Shown: positions 21,370 through 30,381 of the stretch, one piece after another
Layout: each line of letters begins with the position of its first letter
How positions within the stretch are numbered: the stretch's first letter is position 1
Source of the DNA: Candidatus Poribacteria bacterium
GTDB lineage: Bacteria; Poribacteria; WGA-4E; PCPOR2b
NCBI GenBank assembly: GCA_965215015.1
Contig: OZ244042.1
Location: forward strand, 4,800,001-4,864,000
Length of the DNA: 64,000 bases
Direction: 5' to 3'
The notes under the pieces: generated by a model
The model's database searches: none
What the model was told of the DNA's origin: nothing
What the model saw: the letters and a program-made list of their open reading frames with translations, nothing else
Translations under genes and position numbers: made by a program

Positions 21370-21444
21370 GGTATCCCCTAACTCTCTGTTTAAGATATGC
21401 CCCCCTGCTGTTGGCGGATTCAATTAATTGTATGAGGGGGGTGC

Positions 21445-21815
21445 TTGACGTACTCCCACACCTAAAGGGTTGGGATTCTTCACTGTCCCTTTAGGATTAG
21501 TTTAGATATATGATTGATGAATCTAAACTTGCGGATAGACTTGTCGTAGATAACATAGTAGCAACGCTGGAGCGCAATGCAATGATTCCATACCTCCGCG
21601 TGTCCCTCTATCGTCTTGTGTAACTCACGGTTGCCGTGATGGCTATACATTTTGAAATTGTAGGACTTCATAGGATTTCGCTCTCTGGAACGGACTGTTA
21701 GGGCGATCCCTAACAACGGCTAACAATCAGACAGTTTCAACCATTGTTTGACTGAATACCGTTTGCCAATCTGTATCCCTGTCTTAAAAGACGGGGGTTA
21801 GATCGGAAGATTCTG
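21445..21815 (-). mobile_element. tnpB: internally deleted IS200/IS605-family element with a tnpB N-terminal fragment
   Basis: Minus strand: TTTAT target, left end with hairpin (CCCCCGTCTTTTAAGACAGGG), MKSYNFKMY...VWNHCIALQRCYY fragment, right end AGAATCCCAACCCTTTAGGTGTGGGAGTACGTCAA. Confidence 0.8.
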
Positions 21816-21843
21816 ATAAAATTTCCGTTTTCTTTTTTCCCAT

Positions 21844-22332
21844 CTACCGATGAAATTCCAAAATCCAAGATTCCAATAGGCCAGAAATCCTATCTGCTTC
21901 TTCTTGAACATCCTGAAGTTTACTGTATGAATTAGGGCGTGTTTGTGAAACAATGCGAATCTTTAGATTATGTTCATATAACCAATTACTTAATCGTAAT
22001 TGTACTAAATTTTCTACTGCCTTGCGGTATTCTTGGCTATCAATCTGAAATATCTCTTTCGGTGTGAATTTTATTGCTGCAAAATCAACCTTTTCTAGTG
22101 GTACTTCCTCATAGTAATCAATATTGGAAAGACGTTGAAGATAAGTATTATTATTTCCATCAGATAAATGTTGGGCGAGTCTACCGAGTGCCCCTGTACG
22201 TCCTCTTGTCTGTCCAACGTAGAGAGTTGCCAGATTGTCAACTACCCCATAAATCGTATACAAAAAACCGTTTTTTTTCGCTATTGTTACATCAAAAACT
22301 GTTGCCTGTCCAATTTCTACAGAATGTTTCAT
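21844..22332 (-). CDS. putative GIY-YIG family endonuclease
   Basis: GFLY...LYVGQT...GRLAQH...AVE...PN matches the GIY / YIG / Arg / Glu / Asn layout; overlaps the ATPase 3' end by 41 bp. Confidence 0.6.
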   Translation of the reverse strand: MKHSVEIGQATVFDVTIAKKNGFLYTIYGVVDNLATLYVGQTRGRTGALGRLAQHLSDGNNNTYLQRLSNIDYYEEVPLEKVDFAAIKFTPKEIFQIDSQEYRKAVENLVQLRLSNWLYEHNLKIRIVSQTRPNSYSKLQDVQEEADRISGLLESWILEFHR

Positions 22333-24034
22333 ACCTCCGCAAAAAATCAGTTAGATTAAGTCTTCGGATTACATCTGAAAGAGTTCCGCCAACTCTCTCC
22401 CGGTATTCCGTCATAATCTCTTCAATTTCATCATCATCTTGTTCTGATTTATAAACGAGATCATATTCACCTCTAGTGATCGAATAGAAGAGGAGGTCCA
22501 TTACCTTCAGCAGATTACTATTGTCGTGGGCAGTGTCTAAAATATCCCGACAAAATCTGTGGGATTTATTGACTCTTACAATCAGTCCTTCCCTAGGATC
22601 ATGGGCTCTTTCCCATAGTTGATTATTGTCTAGTGTATCCACATATAGAACACGCTGCCCTGTTTTTTTGATATGTTGTTCATCTTCAGGCTTTATCGGT
22701 TTCGTGCTAACAGCTTTATTCCGGCGTTTCTCTAACTCCTTTCTTTCCTCTGCAGGAGCAACACTCTCATCAAACCTATCTTCATCGGCTTGGAGCTGCG
22801 AGATCCGATTTAACTGCTGATTAGCGGTATCATGAGGGCCTTGCGTGAGTGACTCGACCGTAAGGCGGTGCGCGGTGCGCCAAGCAATCCGACTCTTTTT
22901 TATCGCCTCCTGAACCTCTGGTTTAAGCTGGTCTTGAGCAATTTCCGAAAGATTTACACGATTCTTCGTAACATTTATATTTAAAATATCATCAGCGTCA
23001 CTATCGATTAACAGCCGGCCACGAAAAGCACATAAATCCTGATCTTGTGGCACGAAAGCTAACCCATCTGCCCACGAAATCAATCTCCAGTTACGATAAA
23101 TGTAGAAACCATAATTTCCTGATCCAATCAGATAACGGTCCCGGCAATCCTTCCGGCTCATTAAGCCTTTACGTTCTACGCTCGGCGGATGCGGAAGTTG
23201 CGTTATTTCAACTCGTGCCCATATACTTGCGGTAGAATCAAGTTGAATTGCCTGTAATTTTGTAATCCATTTTGGGTGAAGCCCATCCCAATTGTGCTCG
23301 TTCAAATCACCATTATCAACGTCAATTTCATCTATAAACAAAGGATCTATCGGTGGGACATCATAATCATCAATTTTCAGCGAGAGGCGTTTGGCTCCTT
23401 CAACTATGCCTTTCAAATAGTAGTAGTAAATTACACCGGCTTTAGCCTTTAATCCGTGTATAATTTCAGAGGTAGGCGGTAGGGATTCATGAAATAGCTT
23501 GGTGATACGAATTAAAGTACCAGATTTCCCTTGAGTACAAGCGTCCAATTCATTGAGATCTTCGTCTGTGGGCTTGGTTAAATCGTAAACATATTTTCCC
23601 TTCTCAACAATTAAATCTTGATCTAACACGACTTTGCGAACATCATTTGAACCATTGTCAGAACGTGATACTATTTCTAACTGCTTTCCTAGTGATGAGG
23701 CAGCTGATTTCAAGCCTATACCGAACTTTGAAAGCGTTTTCGCATGATATCGTTGTGCTGAAGAACCTAAGGTAAGGGCATTATCTAACCCCTGCTCATC
23801 CATACCGCAGCCGTTATCTACAATAACCAGTGACTTTAAAATCGCTCGCGGCCTTCCACGTTGTCGTTTTGTTCGTTCTTCACTCTCTGTCTTCGCTTTG
23901 ATTACAACGGAGGTAGCGCTTGCTGACACTGAATTATCCACGAGATCTAAAATAGCAGATATCGGATCGTATCCTATGCGCCCCAACGCTTGAAATACAC
24001 GTCCTGCATCCCATGCCCCTTCTTTTATACGCAT
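22292..24034 (-). CDS. GHKL (MORC/HATPase_c_3-type) ATPase with S5-like domain and C-terminal charged helical region
   Basis: GY...AILDLVDNS, DNGCGM, SKFGIGLKSA, SGTLI motifs; YGFYIYRNWRLI; likely ATG at 24034 after GGGGAG. Confidence 0.88.
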   Translation of the reverse strand: MRIKEGAWDAGRVFQALGRIGYDPISAILDLVDNSVSASATSVVIKAKTESEERTKRQRGRPRAILKSLVIVDNGCGMDEQGLDNALTLGSSAQRYHAKTLSKFGIGLKSAASSLGKQLEIVSRSDNGSNDVRKVVLDQDLIVEKGKYVYDLTKPTDEDLNELDACTQGKSGTLIRITKLFHESLPPTSEIIHGLKAKAGVIYYYYLKGIVEGAKRLSLKIDDYDVPPIDPLFIDEIDVDNGDLNEHNWDGLHPKWITKLQAIQLDSTASIWARVEITQLPHPPSVERKGLMSRKDCRDRYLIGSGNYGFYIYRNWRLISWADGLAFVPQDQDLCAFRGRLLIDSDADDILNINVTKNRVNLSEIAQDQLKPEVQEAIKKSRIAWRTAHRLTVESLTQGPHDTANQQLNRISQLQADEDRFDESVAPAEERKELEKRRNKAVSTKPIKPEDEQHIKKTGQRVLYVDTLDNNQLWERAHDPREGLIVRVNKSHRFCRDILDTAHDNSNLLKVMDLLFYSITRGEYDLVYKSEQDDDEIEEIMTEYRERVGGTLSDVIRRLNLTDFLRRYETFCRNWTGNSF

Positions 24035-24147
24035 CTTCTCCCCCGGTTTTTGTAAGGTGGTAGCTATCGCCTCTATTTTCCAAGGCACCTATTGCTACAT
24101 TACATAGAGATTTCCTAGTTTCCTTATGAATAAGATTTTTCCTAGTC

Positions 24148-24966
24148 TCACAAATCACAAATCAAGCATGGCTTCTCATCGTCCTCATCATCAAGGACAT
24201 CGCCGAAGATTTCAATTAACGGGCGATTCGGTTGGGACTTTTTTTCCTGTACCATTGCCTTCGCATGGTTTTCCTTAATCTGCCGTTCCCGCTCAGGGGC
24301 CGCCAGCTCTTCTAAACTCTCACCTTGGCTCCAAGTATACCTCTCGCCTGTTTTCGAGTTAAATTTCTCATAACCCTTGGCGAGTTCAAATAGCTCAGGG
24401 TGATTCTTCTTTAATCCAATCCACTCCGCCTTGCGTTGGTAGAAACAGAAGTAGCACCCGGAGCGCGTTCGCCATTTATAATACTCGGGTAAACCGAGGC
24501 CACTCTCCTCCAAAATCCGATAGACATCCCTCTCAGTGATCCCGGCCTCTTTGAACGGATATTTGGGTTCGATATTTCGTGCCTCAACGTTCTTCAGGGG
24601 CTTATAGCCAACGCGGTCCTCGTCGGCACGGATCGCGATGTAATTATAAGCCTTATCCTCACCGACAAATTCCTCGAAGGGTCTAATCTTCAACTGTGGT
24701 GTACACCAACGCACCTGCGATGAGGGCAGTAATCCACCATTTATAGCAAGCCAATGGTCAAAATCACGCTCGGTGTTTAACCGTTCAATTTTTTTGCCCA
24801 AAAAGGCTTCTAATCGATCGAGAAATTCATACGTCTCCGGCAATTCCTTTCCCGTATCGCAGAAGGCGTATTCCATCTCCGGCACGGTGTCCCGCATGTA
24901 GATAGCGAGTGCCGAACTATCTTTGCCCCCGGAAAGGCCGAGGATATGGCGCATTTTTTGTCCCAT
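24148..24966 (-). CDS. sspD: PAPS-reductase-family protein, SspD-like (DNA phosphorothioation family)
   Basis: PP-loop LSGGKDS, FCDTGKELPETY, RWCT, RSGCYFCFYQRK, C-terminal CLIC; assigned to SspD rather than CysH/DndC from size and motif recall. Confidence 0.75.
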   Translation of the reverse strand: MGQKMRHILGLSGGKDSSALAIYMRDTVPEMEYAFCDTGKELPETYEFLDRLEAFLGKKIERLNTERDFDHWLAINGGLLPSSQVRWCTPQLKIRPFEEFVGEDKAYNYIAIRADEDRVGYKPLKNVEARNIEPKYPFKEAGITERDVYRILEESGLGLPEYYKWRTRSGCYFCFYQRKAEWIGLKKNHPELFELAKGYEKFNSKTGERYTWSQGESLEELAAPERERQIKENHAKAMVQEKKSQPNRPLIEIFGDVLDDEDDEKPCLICDL

Positions 24967-25122
24967 GGTATCCCTCTATTTTCTATTTAAGATATGTTCC
25001 CCCCCTGTTGGCGGAGTCGATTAATTGTATGAGGGAGGTGCATAAATATAGTTGACGTCATCGCTAAAAATTCTATACACTTACCGCCCCTCTGGGGCGG
25101 GGGCAGCTATCAACTCTTTTCT

Positions 25123-25235
25123 TTGACGGCCTCCCAGTCCTAAAGGCTTAGGATTCTTCGCTGCCCCTTTAGGAGTGGAATCGCTCTATCCACTAAAGTG
25201 GGCCATCGAAAGATGGGCTGACAACTTCTCCTGAG
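25123..25235 (-). mobile_element. orphan IS200/IS605 right end with hairpin-rich scaffold (candidate reRNA/omegaRNA remnant)
   Basis: Minus strand ends AGAATCCTAAGCCTTTAGGACTGGGAGGCCGTCAA, homologous to 21445-21494; preceded by hairpins CCCATCTTTCGATGG and CCACTTTAGTGG. Confidence 0.6.
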
Positions 25236-25574
25236 GTAGTAGGGTGATTGATCACCCGTTATGACGCGCAATTCATTGCGCGTCGCCTACGGGGGTGCTT
25301 TCCCCACCGCTTGCGATTCCTCCCCCACCCGCAACAAATTCCCCTCCGCTTGCGGGGAGTTAGGGGGTAGGGGTTCTTATAAGCAATCCGATTAATGGGA
25401 GGAAATCCAAGGTCATGATCGTTATAGATTTTACCACAAAATTGTAGATTTTACCACACAATTGTTTCATTGGGTAGATAATATTCGCACACAATCAACA
25501 AAGCATCGTCAAGCCAACCTCTACTGCTGCTGTTAGGTGACCATCCCCTCCATCGCTAGCGCAGATTAACGTGG

Positions 25575-25708
25575 ATTACCCAATCCTGTAAATCCTGATT
25601 CAGACAATAAGGAGACACCTACCTCACACACAGCCCGTCATTGAGATGTAAACATGAATTACCCAATCCTGTGAATCCTTAAATCCTGTAAATCCTGATT
25701 CAGACAGT
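25575..25708. repeat. two AATCCTGTAAATCCTGATTCAGAC repeat halves
   Basis: Same 9-nt periodic motif family as the 9375-9845 array. Confidence 0.7.
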
Positions 25709-25816
25709 TGTGACATTGATCAAATTTCTTGCCTTGACTAAGGCGACCATGTTACTATCAGACGACGCCAATTGACTAGATGCTGCAAAATGAAATACTA
25801 TATCAGGAGGTAAACA

Positions 25817-26614
25817 GTGCCAAGGTACGAACTCGACGGACAGGTGGCAATTGTAACAGGTGCCGGACGCGGGATTGGCAGAGCGACCGCCCTACGGTTA
25901 GCTCGTGAAGGAGCCAGCGTCACCGTTGCAGATATCAATGAAGCAAATGCGAAAGGGGTTGCCGAAGAAATCGGGTCAACCGCCGCGACCGCCCACCCCC
26001 TCACAATGGACGTAACAAACAAAGCCGATACCGAGCGAATGGTGTCCGAGACAGTCGCACGGTTTGGCAAGTTGGATATTCTGGTCAACAACGCGGGAAT
26101 CGCAATCATCGCATCGCTTATGGACACCGACGAGGCTGCGTGGGACGCCCTGATGAACGTGAACGCAAAAGGCGTGTTACTCTGTTCACAGGCGGCGGCA
26201 CACCAAATGATCGATCAGGGTAACGGTGGCAGAATCATCAATAATGCCTCCGGCGCAGGCAAAATCGCCCCCGGCAAAAGTACACCGCTGGGTGCCTACG
26301 CTGCCAGCAAGCACGCCGTTGTCGCGCTCACCAAACAATTCGGCCTGGAGTTGTCCCCGCACGGGATTCTGGTCAATTGTGTGTGCCCCGGCATTGTGGA
26401 TACATCGATGTGGGATCTAATTGATCGTGAGGTCGCACAGTTGGAAGGTGAACCGGTCGGTTCGGTGAAAGCGCGAGCAGCAGCCGGCATCCCAGTTGGT
26501 CGCATCCAGCAGCCGGAAGATGTCGCTAACCTGATCGCCTATCTAGTGTCATCAGACGCAAGCTACATCACCGCACAAGCCCTCAACGTGTCCGGAGGCA
26601 TGTTGCCGTATTAA
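25817..26614 (+). CDS. SDR family oxidoreductase (polyol/acetoin dehydrogenase-like)
   Basis: TGAGRGIG, NNAG, YAASK; GTG start after AGGAGG. Confidence 0.93.
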   Translation: MPRYELDGQVAIVTGAGRGIGRATALRLAREGASVTVADINEANAKGVAEEIGSTAATAHPLTMDVTNKADTERMVSETVARFGKLDILVNNAGIAIIASLMDTDEAAWDALMNVNAKGVLLCSQAAAHQMIDQGNGGRIINNASGAGKIAPGKSTPLGAYAASKHAVVALTKQFGLELSPHGILVNCVCPGIVDTSMWDLIDREVAQLEGEPVGSVKARAAAGIPVGRIQQPEDVANLIAYLVSSDASYITAQALNVSGGMLPY

Positions 26615-26941
26615 TTTTCCCAAAACCCTGTATCAGGACGATAGAAAATTCCTTGCCCTTAACCCGAAAATCGGTTATCCTTTTGGAGGGTTCCACTATT
26701 CGCCAATCCGCCCATTTTCAGAGGAGAGAACATGACGGAACATACATTGAATCTCACTGCGACACAATCGCGGGTTGTAGGTCAAAGCCCCTCGGAACGA
26801 AGTTAGGTTGAACGGCAACCATGAGACCCAATACCAACGAACCAATGAACTGATGCACCAACATAGTTTAATAACAAAACATTCCACTGTCAGGGAGATT
26901 TCCTAAATCTCCTGACATAATCATCTGGAGAATATCAAACA

Positions 26942-28318
26942 ATGATGGCAAATGCCCCAAAAGAGCTATCTACCCAGGATTATCGCAAAATGGATCAGGC
27001 ACACGCGTGGCATCCGCTCTTTCAACATCAGCTTCTAGATCAGTCGGATCTCCTCGTCTTTGAAAAAGCCAGCGGAACAACAATTATCGACGCAGATGGA
27101 AACGAATATTTAGACGCCTACTCTGCACTGTGGAATGTCAACGTCGGCTATGGGCGACAGGAGATTGCCGATGCCGTTTATGAGCAAATCCAGAAGTTAC
27201 CATACTACCCACACGCACAGATTAACATTCCCGCAACGCTTCTAGCTGAAAAATTAACAACACTCCTGCCGGGTAGCCTGAATCACGTCTACTTCTGCAA
27301 CAGCGGATCGGAAGCCAATGAGACCGCGATAAAAATGGCGAGGCAATACGGGCGGCAGAAATATCCAGGCGAGAATCGCTACAAGATTATCAGCCGCTAT
27401 CGCGGGTATCACGGGTTCACTTACGGCGCGATGTCCGCAACGGGGCAAACCCGTCGTCGGAAAGCGTTTGAACCACTTGTCCCCGGTTTTCACCATGTCC
27501 ATCCCCCTTACACCTATCGATACGCGCACGGCTGCAGCGAATCCGATTTCGGCATTGCCTGTGCCAACGAAATCGAGAAGGTGGTTCAGTGGGAAGGGGC
27601 AGAGACAGTTATAGCGGTGATTGCCGAGCCGATCATTGGCGGCGGCGGAGTGCTTGTGCCGCCGGACACCTATCTTCCAAGAGTCAGAGAGATTTGTGAT
27701 CAGTACGGGCTTCTACTCATCATCGACGAAGTGATCACCGGCTTCGGCAGAACGGGTAGGCTATTCGGCTGCGAGCATTGGGATGTGGCACCAGATATCA
27801 TCACCCTCGCCAAAGGGCTCACAAGCGGCTACATTCCGCTAGGCGCATGTGTGGCAAGCGATACCGTCTTTGAAGAATTTCTCGGTGAGCCGGAGGAAAG
27901 CCGAGAGTTCGCACAGGTCTGTACCTACGGTGGGCACCCCGTTGCATGTGCAGCAGGACTGGCAAACCTGGAGATCCTTACGGCGGAACGACTAGCAGAA
28001 AATGCCGAGCGTGTCGGGGGCTACCTCCTCAAAAATTTGAAGACGCTAGAGAGCCTCCCCATCGTCGGAGATGTCAGAGGGAAGGGGCTGATGATCGGTG
28101 TTGAATTGGTCAAGGATAGCGATGGCACACAACTCGATACCGCCACAACAAAGGCAATCTGTGCAGAAATTCTGAAGAGAGGCATCATCGTCGGACGGAT
28201 TGGGCAGACGGTGGACGAGCCTGAAAATATCATCTTCCTCGCCCCACCCCTTATCCTGACGATTGCTGAAGCGGACCGGATTTTCGAGACGCTCCAAGAT
28301 GTGCTTACGAACCTTTAG
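26942..28318 (+). CDS. class III PLP aminotransferase
   Basis: SGSEANETA, YHG, IAEPIIGGGG, DEVITGFGRTG, DIITLAKGLTSGY, TYGGHPVAC. Confidence 0.93.
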   Translation: MMANAPKELSTQDYRKMDQAHAWHPLFQHQLLDQSDLLVFEKASGTTIIDADGNEYLDAYSALWNVNVGYGRQEIADAVYEQIQKLPYYPHAQINIPATLLAEKLTTLLPGSLNHVYFCNSGSEANETAIKMARQYGRQKYPGENRYKIISRYRGYHGFTYGAMSATGQTRRRKAFEPLVPGFHHVHPPYTYRYAHGCSESDFGIACANEIEKVVQWEGAETVIAVIAEPIIGGGGVLVPPDTYLPRVREICDQYGLLLIIDEVITGFGRTGRLFGCEHWDVAPDIITLAKGLTSGYIPLGACVASDTVFEEFLGEPEESREFAQVCTYGGHPVACAAGLANLEILTAERLAENAERVGGYLLKNLKTLESLPIVGDVRGKGLMIGVELVKDSDGTQLDTATTKAICAEILKRGIIVGRIGQTVDEPENIIFLAPPLILTIAEADRIFETLQDVLTNL

Positions 28319-28547
28319 ATTGGGGGTTCCATAGGCGACGAGGCTTGCTTGTAATAGTGCAATTCATTGCACGTCCAGGACCATAGACACCGAAAGCAAG
28401 TAAGACCCCTTCGTGCGAGCCGGTGAGGATATTGAGTTCAAGAGTACATTAGTATATTAGTTCATTAATGAACCAAGCTACGGTCCTTGACCGGAGAGCG
28501 TATCGACAGTTGCGAACCAGCACCATTGGTTAATAGTGAGATATAAA

Positions 28548-29246
28548 ATGGCACACATTACCAAGCGAGAGCTCGACAACCTCTGTGAAACCTTACGTGC
28601 CGCAGATGCTGATATTCGGGACATCGTTATGTTCGGATCCTTCGTCTATGCTCCCTCTCTGGCACGCGATATTGATCTGGTTGTTACAACAACCAAGCGG
28701 AAGGATTATGGCATTTATCTTGATGCGGTGGCAGACTTCCCTATAAATGTGGATGTGATAGCACGACAGCCGGGGGAAGCACTCGGCGACAGTATTGCTT
28801 GGGGCATAAAAGCTGTCGGACAAGTGCTCGCAGGTGATGGACAAACGATAGAGGAGGTGATGGAGGTGCCTGCACCTACTTTTGAACGGGCACGGAAGAT
28901 TTTCTACTTCGCCGATCAAAATTTTTCAAATGCTCAAAATGCACAAGATCCGGATATCAAAGATGAAGCCTATAAGGACGCTTTTAACAAGCTATTTGAT
29001 GTTGCTCGCAATGCTGCTATGGCGTATCTCAACAGCGAACAAAGGAGATGGGGGCAGTTGCGCCGTGCACTGCCTGAACCCTTCTCGGAGCGATTTCGGG
29101 AAATTATTGACACCCTGCACATCAGCTTTTCCTATCGTGGCGAGTACCCCATTGATGATGTTGATGAAGAATTTCAGCGTTACCGAGATCTGGTAGAGCG
29201 GTTTGTGGACGATCTGGAGCAAGCTGCTTCAGGAAATCCCCGTTGA
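28548..29246 (+). CDS. fused nucleotidyltransferase (MNT) and HEPN-like helical domain protein
   Basis: N-terminal FGS...DIDL and VDVI (pol-beta-like minimal nucleotidyltransferase); helical C-terminal half (YKDAFNKLFDVARNAAMAYL) resembling HEPN. Confidence 0.62.
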   Translation: MAHITKRELDNLCETLRAADADIRDIVMFGSFVYAPSLARDIDLVVTTTKRKDYGIYLDAVADFPINVDVIARQPGEALGDSIAWGIKAVGQVLAGDGQTIEEVMEVPAPTFERARKIFYFADQNFSNAQNAQDPDIKDEAYKDAFNKLFDVARNAAMAYLNSEQRRWGQLRRALPEPFSERFREIIDTLHISFSYRGEYPIDDVDEEFQRYRDLVERFVDDLEQAASGNPR

Positions 29247-29262
29247 TAAAAGAAAGAAAACC

Positions 29263-30381
29263 ATGAAAGACCTACTCCAAATCAACAATCGAAAACCTAC
29301 GCGGCAAGTCAATGTCGGAAACATATCGATCGGCAACGGCAACCCAATCTCGATCCAAACGATGACCACCACGCTGACCCACGATATTGACGCCACACTG
29401 CGCCAAACCGAAAGGTGCGTGGAAGCCGGTGCACAGATTGTGCGCGTTGCCGTCCCGGAAGAGAGAGATGCCAAAGCACTACCCGAACTGGTCAAACGCG
29501 CGCCTGTGCCAATTGTCGCAGACATCCATTTTAATTATCGGTATGCACTGGCAGCGGTTGACGCCGGCATTGCGAAAGTGCGAATCAACCCCGGCAACAT
29601 CGGGGTTGAGGAACGGATTGCACAAGTCCTCTCCGCTGCCAAAGCTGCACACATTCCAATCCGTATCGGTGTCAACGAAGGATCGCTCGAAAAAGATTTA
29701 TTGGATAAATACCCTTCACCCACAGCCGCAGCCCTTGTTGAAAGTGCGATGCGGCACGTCAACATCTGTGAAAATCACGACTTTACCGACATCATCATCT
29801 CCGTCAAATCCAGCGAACCGCTGCGGATGATTGAGGCGAATCGGCTCCTCTCCGCCAAAGTCCGCTACCCGCTCCATCTCGGCGTAACGGAAGCAGGAAC
29901 GCCCCGCCGGGCGCACGTCAAATCCACGATTGGCATTGGCACCCTGTTAATGGAAGGCATCGGGGATACCATCCGCATCTCAATCACTGGTGATCCAGCA
30001 GAGGAGGTCTTGACAGCGAAGGAGTTGCTCCGCACACTCGGCTTGGCGGATAACCTCCTTGATGTTGTCTCCTGTCCGTTCTGTGGACGCGGCGATGCAG
30101 AGGCAGATTACGAAGGTATCGTCGCCATCGCCGAAGAACTGCTAGAAAAACACAATATCAAAATTCCTGTCGCTGTCATGGGGTGTGAGGTGAACGGTCC
30201 GGGCGAAACCCGAAACGCAGAGGTCGGAATTCACTTGGGTGGCAAGGAGCTCGCCGTGTTAAAGATTCATGGCGAGAAGGTCAGGACGTTCCGCGGGAAA
30301 GCTGAAGTCAACCCACAGTTTTTAGCGAGCGCACTGTTAGAGGCAGCACAACAGGTGCAAAATGAAGCGGGGAAAGAATAA
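29263..30381 (+). CDS. ispG: (E)-4-hydroxy-3-methylbut-2-enyl-diphosphate synthase
   Basis: IQTMTTT, PIVADIHF, RINPGNIG, IRIGVN, YPLHLGVTEAG, GDTIRIS, CPFCGR, MGCEVNGPGE. Confidence 0.97.
   Translation: MKDLLQINNRKPTRQVNVGNISIGNGNPISIQTMTTTLTHDIDATLRQTERCVEAGAQIVRVAVPEERDAKALPELVKRAPVPIVADIHFNYRYALAAVDAGIAKVRINPGNIGVEERIAQVLSAAKAAHIPIRIGVNEGSLEKDLLDKYPSPTAAALVESAMRHVNICENHDFTDIIISVKSSEPLRMIEANRLLSAKVRYPLHLGVTEAGTPRRAHVKSTIGIGTLLMEGIGDTIRISITGDPAEEVLTAKELLRTLGLADNLLDVVSCPFCGRGDAEADYEGIVAIAEELLEKHNIKIPVAVMGCEVNGPGETRNAEVGIHLGGKELAVLKIHGEKVRTFRGKAEVNPQFLASALLEAAQQVQNEAGKE

Noticed and set aside
24148-24966. Assimilatory CysH or DndC
   Set aside because: No ECGLH-type tail and no cys genes nearby; much shorter than DndC and no dndBDE; the context fits SspD better.
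26942-28318. Aminotransferase as partner of PhnX
   Set aside because: It is 10 kb away, class III rather than PhnW type, and nothing in the sequence links it to phosphonates.
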